NCBI GenBank assembly: GCA_964577565.1
Contig: CAZNZL010000001.1
Span: forward strand, 142,566 to 206,565
DNA length: 64,000 nucleotides
Direction of reading: 5' to 3'
Source of the DNA: an uncultured Candidatus Saccharibacteria bacterium
GTDB lineage: Bacteria; Patescibacteriota; Saccharimonadia; Saccharimonadales; JAGQNJ01
This document shows positions 10,635 to 20,345 of the stretch, one piece after another (within the stretch, counting starts at the first letter, position 1; every line of letters starts with the position of its first letter). A program made the translations under genes and the position numbers. Under the pieces are notes generated by a model that was given only the letters and a program-made list of their open reading frames with translations, was not told where the DNA came from and did no database searches.

Positions 10635-10754
10635 CTATGTCAACCGCCCAAACACACGGTCACCCCGGCCATCAATAATTGCTATCAGCGCTTTCGGAAA
10701 ACGAGGAAAGTTTGCCCCGTTTCGTACACGTATAGCCTGTGGTGTGCTATGCAT
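10635..10754 (-). CDS. candidate 39-aa small ORF with consensus SD
   Basis: My own translation: MHSTPQAIRVRNGANFPRFPKALIAIIDGRGDRVFGRLT. TAAGGAGG lies 6 nt upstream of the ATG. Sits just upstream of the GlsB-family gene. Confidence 0.35.
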   Translation of the reverse strand: MHSTPQAIRVRNGANFPRFPKALIAIIDGRGDRVFGRLT

Positions 10755-10877
10755 TTCACGCCTCCTTAATACTCCCGACTATTAATAATCGCCCGCTTTG
10801 TGCACTGGTGCAGTAAAAAAAATTCCTTACCGTGTGTAATATATTTCACACATTTTTAATAATCTCTCGATAAAATA

Positions 10878-12746
10878 ATGATATCAATGCATTCCCGCAA
10901 ATTATTGACGAGACTTCGAAGGCCACGAAAAGATCCTTTAGCTTTTTTACGAACTCAAAAAATATATGGCCGAAACTCACATCTAGTTGCTACCTTGCTT
11001 GTGTTGCTTACCTGCTTGGCGGCTACGGGCGCGGTATGGTATGGGGCTCGAAAAAATGCCGATAAAGTGTTCCAGCAAGAAGCAGAAAAGCGCATTGAAG
11101 ACTCCAACCAGACTATCGGTAATCGTCTCGTACTAGTTACTACCGTACTTTCTAGTGGTAGCGGTTTGTTTGGTGCCTCAGAACAAGTCACCAGAGTAGA
11201 ATGGAATTCTTTTATTGGTCAGGTGTATCAGCAAAGATTATTTCCGGGCGTTAGAGCGTTTGGTTATGTCTCGTATGTAAAATCAGGGGAATTGCAAGAG
11301 CACACAACTGCCATGCGACAAATCAGTAAGCCGGATTACGCTGTAGTGCCGGTTACTAACGAAACCGATATTCATGCTCCGATTAGTTTTCTGGCTCCTC
11401 CAAATACAAAACGTGAAAGAGTCATAGGTTATAATATGTACTCCAACGAAACAAGGCGAAACGCTATAAATATCGCCCGTGATAGCGGCAAAGTCTCTCT
11501 CTCGGGAAAAGTTGACTTAGTAGCCCATAGAAACGGAACGCCGTCCGAACGTGGTCTTATCTTGTTTCAACCTATATATCATAAAAACAAGCCCCTAGGG
11601 ACCGTTGAGCAAAGACGACAAAACATAATGGGCTTCACGTATGCTGTCATTGTCATTGATGAAATGTTCTCTGGTGTATTCGGTTCGAATAATAATAACG
11701 ACATCGGCATTGAAATTTATGATAACAACCATAAAAGCGAGGCCGACCTCATGTATCGGTCAGAAAATTACGACGCCATTGCATCCAGCAGTAGAAGTTT
11801 TGTAAAAGAAAGAAAAGAAACGATAACTGATCATGAATGGTTGATAACGTATGCAGTAGCCCATGATACCCTTTCCCCAGCAGAAAGAGACGCGCCCTTT
11901 TCTACCCTGCTAAGGGGTGTGGTTTTAAGTCTCGCGTTAGCATTTTTTGTGTACTATCTTTTAACGTACCGGACGAGAAAAATACTTGAAGCTAAGCACT
12001 ATGAGGTTCAAAGTGCGAAAGATGACTTGTTATCATTAGCATCCCATCAGTTACGTACCCCCGCCACCGTTGTTAAGCAATACGTCGGTATGTTACTCCA
12101 GGGTTACGGTGGAGAGCTGAACGATCAACAAAAAAATATGCTAGAGAGCGCCTATACGAGCAATGAAAGGCAACTCCAAATTATTAACCAAATTCTCTAT
12201 GTCGCCCGTCTGGATGCCGGCCAAATAAGGCTTCATAAAGAGCGAACTAATTTGAACAAGCTGCTCAAAGAGGTAGCCGATGAACACCGCCCATCGTTTA
12301 GGGAAAATAAGCAAAAGTTTAATCTTCGACTACCCACCAAAACAATTTATATTCGTGGCGATCGACAGTATCTTCATATGGTACTTGATAATCTACTTAG
12401 CAATGCTGGCAAATACACCCCACCAGGCGGTAGAGTTTCGACTATTTTAACATCGGGTGAAGGACGAGCGACCATAACGGTTAAAGATAGCGGAGTGGGT
12501 GTTACAAAGGGTGAATTAGCAGGTATTTTTGATAAATTCACTCGAGGGACAAGTGAAATGACAGCTCAGGTAAGCGGCAGTGGCATAGGGTTGTATCTGG
12601 TCAAAAAAATTACTGAGCTGCACCGTGGCAGTATAGAGGCACGGCCAAATAAGCCAAGCGGTACCATTTTTGAGCTTTGTTTACCGCTCGGGATATCAAG
12701 GCGAATAAAAGCGAGGAAGGATACACGTGATAGAAATTCCGCTTAA
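10878..12746 (+). CDS. sensor histidine kinase with extracytoplasmic CHASE-like domain
   Basis: Two TM segments flank a roughly 280-aa domain with CHASE-like blocks (VRAFGYVSYV..., IGYNMYSNETRRNAINIARDSG, LILFQPIY). H-box SHQLRTP and an HATPase region (DSGVGV, GSGIGL). Confidence 0.85.
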   Translation: MISMHSRKLLTRLRRPRKDPLAFLRTQKIYGRNSHLVATLLVLLTCLAATGAVWYGARKNADKVFQQEAEKRIEDSNQTIGNRLVLVTTVLSSGSGLFGASEQVTRVEWNSFIGQVYQQRLFPGVRAFGYVSYVKSGELQEHTTAMRQISKPDYAVVPVTNETDIHAPISFLAPPNTKRERVIGYNMYSNETRRNAINIARDSGKVSLSGKVDLVAHRNGTPSERGLILFQPIYHKNKPLGTVEQRRQNIMGFTYAVIVIDEMFSGVFGSNNNNDIGIEIYDNNHKSEADLMYRSENYDAIASSSRSFVKERKETITDHEWLITYAVAHDTLSPAERDAPFSTLLRGVVLSLALAFFVYYLLTYRTRKILEAKHYEVQSAKDDLLSLASHQLRTPATVVKQYVGMLLQGYGGELNDQQKNMLESAYTSNERQLQIINQILYVARLDAGQIRLHKERTNLNKLLKEVADEHRPSFRENKQKFNLRLPTKTIYIRGDRQYLHMVLDNLLSNAGKYTPPGGRVSTILTSGEGRATITVKDSGVGVTKGELAGIFDKFTRGTSEMTAQVSGSGIGLYLVKKITELHRGSIEARPNKPSGTIFELCLPLGISRRIKARKDTRDRNSA

Positions 12747-13131
12747 ATCTATCAAGCAACGTGACTTCAAACCGAAAGTACTGCTGGTTGAAGATGAGCA
12801 ACCGTTGCGCGATGCGTTCTCGTTCTTATTAATGTCAGAAAAATATCCTCATGAAACAGCTTCAGACGGGATAGCTGCGCTTAAAAAACTGCGTTCCTTC
12901 AAGCCCGACATTATTCTACTAGACTTACTTATGCCCATGATGGATGGCATAGAATTTTTACACAAAGCCAATCTTAAACTAAACCATCCTAACTGTAAGG
13001 TAATAATTATGAGTAATTTGGCCGACGTAATACGGGTACGCGACGTAGCTCACTTTAATGTTAAAAAAGTTCTTATAAAAGCTAACTTATCGCCGCGCGA
13101 AATCGTGCACGTAATACAAAAATACGCCTAA
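12727..13131 (+). CDS. single-domain response regulator (REC only)
   Basis: KVLLVEDE...DIILLDLLMPMMDG...MSN...K. GTG start overlaps the kinase 3' end. Confidence 0.85.
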   Translation: MIEIPLKSIKQRDFKPKVLLVEDEQPLRDAFSFLLMSEKYPHETASDGIAALKKLRSFKPDIILLDLLMPMMDGIEFLHKANLKLNHPNCKVIIMSNLADVIRVRDVAHFNVKKVLIKANLSPREIVHVIQKYA

Positions 13132-13233
13132 TGCATCTCAAAATCACAGCTGTGCTATTTCTCACATAAGTATTCATTTATGCAAAATAATTATAAAATA
13201 GTATTACCAGCTACGTTGTAGAGGGGGTTTACA

Positions 13234-14439
13234 ATGAGGCAGTTAAGCGCAGAAACCTTAGACCACGCATACGAAGAGTTTCAAAACGAGCTTGAGTTTC
13301 AGGCTGCCCATCTTCCTGAGCACGATCTGTATGTGAGAGCTTTTTCGGCAGCAATGCTGCATCTGCTTGAGCATGATAGTGACGTTGCAGCTACAATGAG
13401 AGAAGTAGTTAAGGCGAGACTTGATAAAGGTAATGCCAGCGCAACCTATCTGTCGCATTTAACACTGAGAGCGTGCCAACGTGTATTTTGGTTTGGATTC
13501 ATGACTGATCCGCATTTTCAAACCTATGATGCAGCGTCCTATCCGATTGGCTACGGCGATCGTGAAAAATGGTTGGCTGACTTGCCCAGGATTATTTTAA
13601 GCGAAGATGAATTCTTATCTTACGTTCGCACCAGAGATCTGCAGAGCAATATACCAGACCGCTACACTTCATTTAAACTACTAGGGCAGTTATATGGTAA
13701 CCGCTTTGGTGTATCACCCTCTATTCTTGATGTGGGATGTAGTGCAGACCTAGGACTAAAATTGCTTGATAAAAACAGTGGCTTGTTTGTGCCAACAATT
13801 CATCGTGCCTATGATGGCGATGAAATAGCTGAATTACCGGTAGGGTTGGTTGAAGCACTGCACAGTAAAGTAACATCAGGTGCAAGAATTGGTGAAAGTG
13901 TCGGCGTAGATAAAACGCCTCCCGTAAGCCTTAAGGATGACAATGATACGTTTCAGTGGATTTTTGCGTGCTCACTTACACCGTCAGAATATATGGATAA
14001 AGAGCGTAAAGCGCAATTTTACAACTTACTAGCCTATAAGCCCGAGGGCGTTCATTTTCAACAAGCAGATTTTGCCGAGGATGGTGTCACGATTGAAGTT
14101 CCGTCTGGTATCGAAGGTTTTAATATGGCAACTTTTTGTACCGTTATATATCAGATTCCCACATCAGAGCGCGACAAGGTTATTGCGAATGCAAAAAGGC
14201 ATTTACTACCCAATGGAATCATAGTCGTTCAAGACTTTGTCAATGTAGATCCAGATGATCCTCATAACCTTGTCTTTCCTGAGCATTGGTTTTATGAAGA
14301 ATATGGTTACCGAACCTTGGTGTTAGATATGCAAAATGAAGAAGTTGGTTTTCAGGAGGTATTTAGGTGGCGCAACGGACGTTGCCATGATCTAGCACCA
14401 AATGTAGGCGCGGCGTGTTTACAGCAGCTTATTGGTTGA
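13234..14439 (+). CDS. hypothetical 401-aa protein with class-I SAM-methyltransferase-like motifs
   Basis: ILDVGCSADLG (motif-I-like) and LLPNGIIVVQDF. The N-terminal roughly 160 aa is helical and unrecognised. SD GAGGGGG. Confidence 0.55.
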   Translation: MRQLSAETLDHAYEEFQNELEFQAAHLPEHDLYVRAFSAAMLHLLEHDSDVAATMREVVKARLDKGNASATYLSHLTLRACQRVFWFGFMTDPHFQTYDAASYPIGYGDREKWLADLPRIILSEDEFLSYVRTRDLQSNIPDRYTSFKLLGQLYGNRFGVSPSILDVGCSADLGLKLLDKNSGLFVPTIHRAYDGDEIAELPVGLVEALHSKVTSGARIGESVGVDKTPPVSLKDDNDTFQWIFACSLTPSEYMDKERKAQFYNLLAYKPEGVHFQQADFAEDGVTIEVPSGIEGFNMATFCTVIYQIPTSERDKVIANAKRHLLPNGIIVVQDFVNVDPDDPHNLVFPEHWFYEEYGYRTLVLDMQNEEVGFQEVFRWRNGRCHDLAPNVGAACLQQLIG

Positions 14440-14998
14440 GTTTTTGTGATACCAATTGGCTGTACTCTGCCATAAATGTTTGTTGGTGCGGGCCAATATT
14501 GGGTTTAGGCAAGAAATAGCTAAAGATTAATGCCCCGCCATTTTTATGAGTTAACGGATACACAAAGCTACATTCAATACCAGCAGCTGCCTGATTAAAG
14601 CGTGCCGCTTGTGCTGGCATATCGGGTATAAAAAGCAGCTCCCAGTCAGAGGTAGAATACGGCTTGGTGTGGCTAATTGCTTTAGCAATGATATTGCGAT
14701 CATGATTAAGCGGAATCTTAATATCCTCAAATCGTTTTTGCGACATGTCGAGCGCATGCTGAGCAAAGTCAGTTCTAGATAAAGCAATCCTATCAATGGT
14801 TTTCTTCTTGTGATTACTAAAAAGCAAAACAACAATACCCAACCCCATTCTAAGAGATGTTAGTTTATTGGCACGAAATGGTCCGTTCACAATAGCATCT
14901 TGAAGTTCTTTTTGAGTTTTGTACTGTTCTAGTTCTTTAGTTACAGCTATTAGGTATGCCTTGAGTTCTCGGGATATCATAGTAAAAGTATACGCCAC
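14429..14998 (-). CDS. hypothetical protein, possibly GAF-like fold
   Basis: 189 aa, convergent with the previous gene and overlapping it by 11 nt. Weak GAF-like C-terminal pattern (GGALIFSY); low functional confidence. Confidence 0.5.
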   Translation of the reverse strand: MAYTFTMISRELKAYLIAVTKELEQYKTQKELQDAIVNGPFRANKLTSLRMGLGIVVLLFSNHKKKTIDRIALSRTDFAQHALDMSQKRFEDIKIPLNHDRNIIAKAISHTKPYSTSDWELLFIPDMPAQAARFNQAAAGIECSFVYPLTHKNGGALIFSYFLPKPNIGPHQQTFMAEYSQLVSQKLNQ

Positions 14999-15143
14999 AT
15001 TATTTCCTACCCCTAGTGTAAACTTTTATGGGCCATAACAGGTGCTCACCCGGATATTCTGGATTTTTTACATAAACGTTATCGAACGAATCTCGAATTT
15101 ATGATTAAGCTTTGGCAGGGATGGAGTTTTAGCATATTGCTCG

Positions 15144-15218
15144 TGGCTGGGACGGAGGGATTCGAACCCCCGAATGCCGGGACCAAAACCCGGTGCCTTA
15201 CCACTTGGCCACGTCCCA
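15144..15218 (-). tRNA. tRNA-Gln (anticodon UUG), CCA encoded
   Basis: Reverse complement is TGGGACGTGGCCAAGTGGTAAGGCACCGGGTTTTGGTCCCGG...GGTTCGAATCCCTCCGTCCCAGCCA. Cloverleaf checked by hand. Confidence 0.9.
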
Positions 15219-15310
15219 TTGCTTGTGCGTACGGTTGACTATTTCGAGAACAGAGGTATTGTACCGTAAAAAGACTACAAAAACAACGGTGGTAGGTTAT
15301 AATTAAGCGT

Positions 15311-16177
15311 ATGCGTATCATTGAGCCGCACTACAGAAGACGGTCAAACCAACGTAAGTCCAAAAAGGTTCTGTTTGTTATGGTGTTGGTGATTATTGGT
15401 AGTGTTTGGTTTTTGGCGCAGAGATTATCGCCTGACACTCCCGTGCAAAATGACGGCGTTGTGCTTGCCGACCAAAAGCAGCATGATCGACGGATAAGCG
15501 CTCCCCAGCGGCAAGAATTTAAACAATTTGCAGGAGACGATTTTAAAATACTGTACGAGAGTATTGCATACCCAAATACGCAGCATTTGCTACAGCCACC
15601 TGAGATTACTGGTAATCTAGAGGCAGACAATCGTATTCGCACTATTGCTCTCAGTCGAGGGTATGTTTTACGTAGCGTACCGGTTGCACCGATTGAAAAG
15701 AGTAACGAGCCAGACTTAGCGTCAGATGGCTTACTGCAACAAAAGGCTCTTGCTGCCTGGGGTGAACTAAAATCAGCGGCACACGAGGCCGGGATTCCTC
15801 TAAAACTTAATTCGGGTTATCGTTCCGTTGAGATGCAGCGCCAGCTTTTCTTGGGTAGGTTGCGTGCTCTTAACGTAACCACTAGTCAAATTGCGCGTGG
15901 TCAGGCTGATTCACAAGTGGTAGAGGTTTTGTCTCGTGCAGCAATACCTGGTTATTCGCGCCATCATACCGGGTACACTATCGACTTACTGTGCGGTACC
16001 GCCGTCCAGGCTTTTGAAACCACAACTTGTTTTAAGTGGCTCAGCCAAGATAATTATATAAATGCCAAAAAATTTGGGTGGATACCCAGCTACCCAGAAA
16101 ATACCAACAATCAGGGTCCCGAGCCAGAGTCTTGGGAGTATGTATGGGTCGGTAAAAATGCTGTTTTAAGGGACTAA
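15311..16177 (+). CDS. M15B (VanY-type) D-alanyl-D-alanine carboxypeptidase, membrane anchored
   Basis: SGYRSVEMQ, SRHHTGYTIDL, EPESWEY; N-terminal TM segment. Confidence 0.82.
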   Translation: MRIIEPHYRRRSNQRKSKKVLFVMVLVIIGSVWFLAQRLSPDTPVQNDGVVLADQKQHDRRISAPQRQEFKQFAGDDFKILYESIAYPNTQHLLQPPEITGNLEADNRIRTIALSRGYVLRSVPVAPIEKSNEPDLASDGLLQQKALAAWGELKSAAHEAGIPLKLNSGYRSVEMQRQLFLGRLRALNVTTSQIARGQADSQVVEVLSRAAIPGYSRHHTGYTIDLLCGTAVQAFETTTCFKWLSQDNYINAKKFGWIPSYPENTNNQGPEPESWEYVWVGKNAVLRD

Positions 16178-16178
16178 G

Positions 16179-17450
16179 ATGGACGATGAATTGTTGCGTA
16201 GAACCAACCAAGAGATAAACCAAGAATTTATGCCGCCTCATAAACCACAGAAAAAAACCAAAAGCAGGGCAATTGTTTTGTGTATTATTGCGCTGGTACT
16301 AGTGACTGCTGTTGGATTTTTCATGTTTAGGGATAGTAGTTCTCAATCAACTACCAATGAAGCAACTGGTCAATCTGCTCAAGCTCAGCAAAAAAAGAAG
16401 CGCGTTCGCTTGATTGCTACGGGCGACATGATTCCTCACGATGCCATTAATAAAGCTGCCCAACAAGCTGATGAGAGTTATGAATATTCCCCTATGTTTG
16501 GTGACATGAAACGACTGTTTGATGCTAGTGACGTACGGTTTTGTAATCAAGCGGTGCTGGCTGGTGGGAGGGAGTTTGGTGTAAGTGGCTACCCTAAATT
16601 TAATTCACCTATCGAGTTTACGCGTGATATGGCAGAACTAGGCTGCAATGTTATTAACACGGGCAGTAACCATACCAATGATTTTAATCAAGATGTTATT
16701 TCAGCCTCGGTGCAGGCATGGGGTGGCCAGCCGGGTGTCTTGGCTGTTGCCGGTGCTAATGCTGTAGCTGCCGATAAACAAAAAGTGCACTATTTTGAAA
16801 AAAATGGCATTACGTTTGCATTTGTTTCGTATACGACGTACACTAACGAGCCTTCGCCAAATGGCTATAGCGTGACAATGTATGATGACGCCCTTGCGCA
16901 AACGCAGCTCGCAGAAGCCCGCAACAAAGCTGATATTGTAATTGCCAGTTTACGCTGGGGAACGGAATATTCTCCTGATATTAATAGTCAGCAAAAAATA
17001 ATTGGCCAGAAGATTGCCAATTATGGCGCTGATATTATTGTTGGCCACGGGCCACACGTGCTTCAGCCGTTTGAGATCCTAACGCTTGATGATGGTCGCA
17101 AAGCATATATTTGGTACAGCCTTGGTAATTTTTTAAATGCCCAGCTAGAGCTTGAGACTCTGTTTAATGTGATTGCTGTCATGGACATCAACCCCGATAC
17201 TAAAAAGATAGATTCTGTTGGGTATGTTCCAATATATATGCATTATGAATGGAGCGCGGCCGATAAAGCAGCAGGTCGTTTGTTGGAACGAAAAAACTTT
17301 AGCATGTTTACGTTTGAAGATGGGCAAGATGCGCTTGATAGATCACAAAACGATACCACCTTTGATGCACAGAAACACCGCATCAGTGAGACACTCAGCA
17401 AATTTACCCAGCTAAAACTATTAACTAAAGACGATTATCTGGGTTCATAA
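16179..17450 (+). CDS. CapA-family (PGA_cap) metallophosphatase-like envelope protein
   Basis: IATGDMIPHD, GSNHTND, RWGTEYS, GHGPHVLQP; N-terminal TM segment. Confidence 0.82.
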   Translation: MDDELLRRTNQEINQEFMPPHKPQKKTKSRAIVLCIIALVLVTAVGFFMFRDSSSQSTTNEATGQSAQAQQKKKRVRLIATGDMIPHDAINKAAQQADESYEYSPMFGDMKRLFDASDVRFCNQAVLAGGREFGVSGYPKFNSPIEFTRDMAELGCNVINTGSNHTNDFNQDVISASVQAWGGQPGVLAVAGANAVAADKQKVHYFEKNGITFAFVSYTTYTNEPSPNGYSVTMYDDALAQTQLAEARNKADIVIASLRWGTEYSPDINSQQKIIGQKIANYGADIIVGHGPHVLQPFEILTLDDGRKAYIWYSLGNFLNAQLELETLFNVIAVMDINPDTKKIDSVGYVPIYMHYEWSAADKAAGRLLERKNFSMFTFEDGQDALDRSQNDTTFDAQKHRISETLSKFTQLKLLTKDDYLGS

Positions 17451-18265
17451 CTATTTGCAGCCGGTAGGTTAAAAAACTCTTCCAATGTTTGGCCAGTTTT
17501 TTGAATTTCTGCGGCCAGTTCTTTGCCAACAAATCGAAAATGCCACGGTTCATATTGGTAACCCGTGATGTTTTCTTTACCTTGCGGGTAGCGCAATATG
17601 AAACCGTATTTATAGGCATTAGCTGCGGCCCACTTACCTTCAGCTGTATCTTGCCAACATGTTTGCAAATGACACCTGCCGTCAGGACTGGTTAGGTCAA
17701 CTGAAAAACCGGTTTGGTGTTCACTGTGCCCCGGTCTCGCACTATACGTGTCGGCGGCCGCCTGCCCATCTTTGGCTTTATACGATTCATAAAATTGCCG
17801 TTGGAGTGCACCTGATCGGTAGCCGCTCCCGAAAACTAACGTTACCCCCTCGTTCTGTGCGGCTATAAACATTGCTTCGATTGCCGGTGCTGTCTGCGTA
17901 TTGATATTCATTTGCTGTTCGCTCCTTGCAAGCCGCAAGCGTACACTTGCAACCGTTAGGTCAGGTACGAAATCTATTGGTATGCTACGGCGTTTGTTCA
18001 CAATAACCCAGATACTATTTGGGTCAGATAAAGAATATTGATCTTTATCAAAGCTGTTTTCATCAGTGGTCTTATCTACATGTTCACTCACCTCAGGTTG
18101 AGCTGTAGTCACAGGCTCAGAGGAGTTTTGGGTAAGTACTTTATATAGTAAACCGGCTCCAATAACCAACACAGGCAACCCTAATATAATCCACTTTTTC
18201 ATATGGTTATTGTACCAAAATACTTTTGCTTGACGTTTGCCTCGCTTCTCGCGTAAAGTTTTCAT
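17435..18265 (-). CDS. second M15B (VanY-type) D,D-carboxypeptidase
   Basis: SGYRSGALQ, PGHSEHQTGFSVDL, YEPWHFRFVG. TM anchor; start could be M22 (18202). Confidence 0.82.
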   Translation of the reverse strand: MKTLREKRGKRQAKVFWYNNHMKKWIILGLPVLVIGAGLLYKVLTQNSSEPVTTAQPEVSEHVDKTTDENSFDKDQYSLSDPNSIWVIVNKRRSIPIDFVPDLTVASVRLRLARSEQQMNINTQTAPAIEAMFIAAQNEGVTLVFGSGYRSGALQRQFYESYKAKDGQAAADTYSARPGHSEHQTGFSVDLTSPDGRCHLQTCWQDTAEGKWAAANAYKYGFILRYPQGKENITGYQYEPWHFRFVGKELAAEIQKTGQTLEEFFNLPAANSYEPR

Positions 18266-18271
18266 AAGATT

Positions 18272-19195
18272 ATGCCCAAACGTAAACCATTACGAATCCA
18301 AGATTATATAACCGAGTTTGATATTAATAATCTTCACGGACGCATGCTCCGTTTGCCAGCACCACGTCATAAAAAGCGCGAGATTTTACTAATTTATGGG
18401 CATCATGCAAGCATAGAGCGCATGCAGGGTCTGGCAGAAGAGCTCAATCGTTACGGTGCGGTTACCCTGCCGGATTTACCGGGGTTTGGCGGTATGGAAA
18501 GTTTCTATAAATTAAAGCAAAAGCCTACGCTTGATAATCTAGCTGATTATTTAGCGGCCTTTATCAAGCTGCGCTATAAGCAGCGCCGTGTCACCATTAT
18601 GGCCATGTCGTTCGGGTTCTTGATTACAACTCGCATGTTACAAAAGTATCCTGAAATTGCTGCAAAAGTCGACATGCTTATTAGTACAGTTGGCTTTGCT
18701 CACAGGGATGATTTTGTATTGCCTCGCCGGATCAAATGGCCACTTCACCTAACTGCGCTGCTTTTCTCTAACCGCATCCCGGCTTGGCTGTTAAAAACAT
18801 TCATATTACGTGGCCCCATTATACGTGCCAGTTATGCAATGGTGGCCGATTCACATGACAAGTTAAAAGATGCTGATCCTCAACACAGAAAACAGCGCGT
18901 TGATTTTGAGATTATACTATGGAAGATTAATGATATACGTACGTACATGGATACAACCTTAACGATGTTAAAGGCTAACGTGTGTGATGTACAGGTTGAC
19001 CTACCGGTTTATCATATCGCCGCTGATGTTGATCGCTATTTCGATAACCACCGTGTTGAGCAACATCTCGCGATAATTTATAAAAAAGTTGAAGTTATTA
19101 ATATAACCATCGGCGCACATGCCCCAACCGTAGTAGCCACTGCAAAGGACGCTGCGCCGTTTATTCCCCCAAAGCTTCGCCGTCTATTATATTGA
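18272..19195 (+). CDS. alpha/beta-hydrolase fold protein
   Basis: ILLIYGHHAS (oxyanion region) and the nucleophile-elbow-like AMSFG. Confidence 0.65.
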   Translation: MPKRKPLRIQDYITEFDINNLHGRMLRLPAPRHKKREILLIYGHHASIERMQGLAEELNRYGAVTLPDLPGFGGMESFYKLKQKPTLDNLADYLAAFIKLRYKQRRVTIMAMSFGFLITTRMLQKYPEIAAKVDMLISTVGFAHRDDFVLPRRIKWPLHLTALLFSNRIPAWLLKTFILRGPIIRASYAMVADSHDKLKDADPQHRKQRVDFEIILWKINDIRTYMDTTLTMLKANVCDVQVDLPVYHIAADVDRYFDNHRVEQHLAIIYKKVEVINITIGAHAPTVVATAKDAAPFIPPKLRRLLY

Positions 19196-19226
19196 GCAGA
19201 TTTTTGCTATACTAACGAATAACGTT

Positions 19227-20345
19227 ATGAAAATTGGGCTGATCTGTCCTTACAACATATTTAAAAATGGTGGCGTACAGGAATGTGTACTTGCGCTTCA
19301 GGCTGAATACACCCGCAAGGGCCACCAATCATTAATTTTGACACCTCGGCCTATTGGCGTAGAAACAGAAAACTTTGATGGTATACGCTTAATCGGTGCC
19401 TCACGTGACTTTAAATCACCATTTCATACAACAGCACAGGTGTCGGTTAGTTTTGATAATACTGCAATCAATACCTTGCTTGATGAAAATCAGTTCGACA
19501 TTCTACATTTTCATGAGCCGTGGGTTCCTATTGTAAGCCGGCAAATTCTTACACGCTCTACGGCCGTAAATATTGCTACGTTTCATGCTAAATTGCCAGA
19601 AACAATGATGAGTAAAACTATCGAGCGTGTGGTTACGCCGTATACACGATCAATCTTAAAGTATATTGATGAATTCACGGCTGTTTCTGACGCTGCGGCT
19701 GAGTATCTTCAATCGATTTACGAGGGGCACATTGATATCATCCCCAACGGTATAGATCTAGACAAGTTTAAAATAACCCAAAAAAAGCGAGACAAGCATA
19801 CGATATTGTACATCGGACGGCTCGAGAAGCGAAAAGGCGTCAAGTATTTGTTAGATGCCTTCGCTTTGTTAAAGAACGACTTTAAGGGTGCTAAGTTAAT
19901 TATTGCTGGGGATGGTCCTGACCGCGAAAAGCTTGAAACGTATGCTCGTGATCTCAAACTGCGTGACATTTCTTTTTTGGGCTTTGTAGATGATCATACA
20001 AAGGTTCGCTTGCTACATGAAGCAACAGTTTTTTGTTCGCCTGCTTTATATGGGGAAAGCTTTGGGATCGTGCTACTAGAAGCAATGGCAGCTGGTGCGG
20101 TAACAGTTGCTGCCAATAACCCTGGTTATGCCAGTGTAATGCAAGATAAGGGTGCAATTTCGTTAGTTTATGTCAAAGAAGCAGATAACCTGGCAAGGAG
20201 ATTGAAGCTGCTCATGAGTGACACCGACATGAGAAAACTATGGTTAGACTGGTCACAAGAATACGTACAACAATTTAATTATGAGCGTATTGCCAGTTTG
20301 TACCTCAATGTATATACGCAGGCTATAAGAAGACATAAAGCATGA
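19227..20345 (+). CDS. GT4-family glycosyltransferase
   Basis: GRLEKRKG, the E-x7-E region ESFGIVLLEAMAAG; about 370 aa with a GT-B layout. Confidence 0.85.
   Translation: MKIGLICPYNIFKNGGVQECVLALQAEYTRKGHQSLILTPRPIGVETENFDGIRLIGASRDFKSPFHTTAQVSVSFDNTAINTLLDENQFDILHFHEPWVPIVSRQILTRSTAVNIATFHAKLPETMMSKTIERVVTPYTRSILKYIDEFTAVSDAAAEYLQSIYEGHIDIIPNGIDLDKFKITQKKRDKHTILYIGRLEKRKGVKYLLDAFALLKNDFKGAKLIIAGDGPDREKLETYARDLKLRDISFLGFVDDHTKVRLLHEATVFCSPALYGESFGIVLLEAMAAGAVTVAANNPGYASVMQDKGAISLVYVKEADNLARRLKLLMSDTDMRKLWLDWSQEYVQQFNYERIASLYLNVYTQAIRRHKA

Noticed and set aside
10525-10785. 86-aa plus-strand ORF between the GlsB-family gene and the kinase gene.
   Set aside because: It overlaps the GlsB 5' end antisense and has no SD. 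The minus-strand 39-codon ORF with TAAGGAGG explains the region better.
15079-15321. 80-aa minus-strand ORF.
   Set aside because: It spans tRNA-Gln (15144-15218) and part of its translation derives from the tRNA sequence, so it is spurious.
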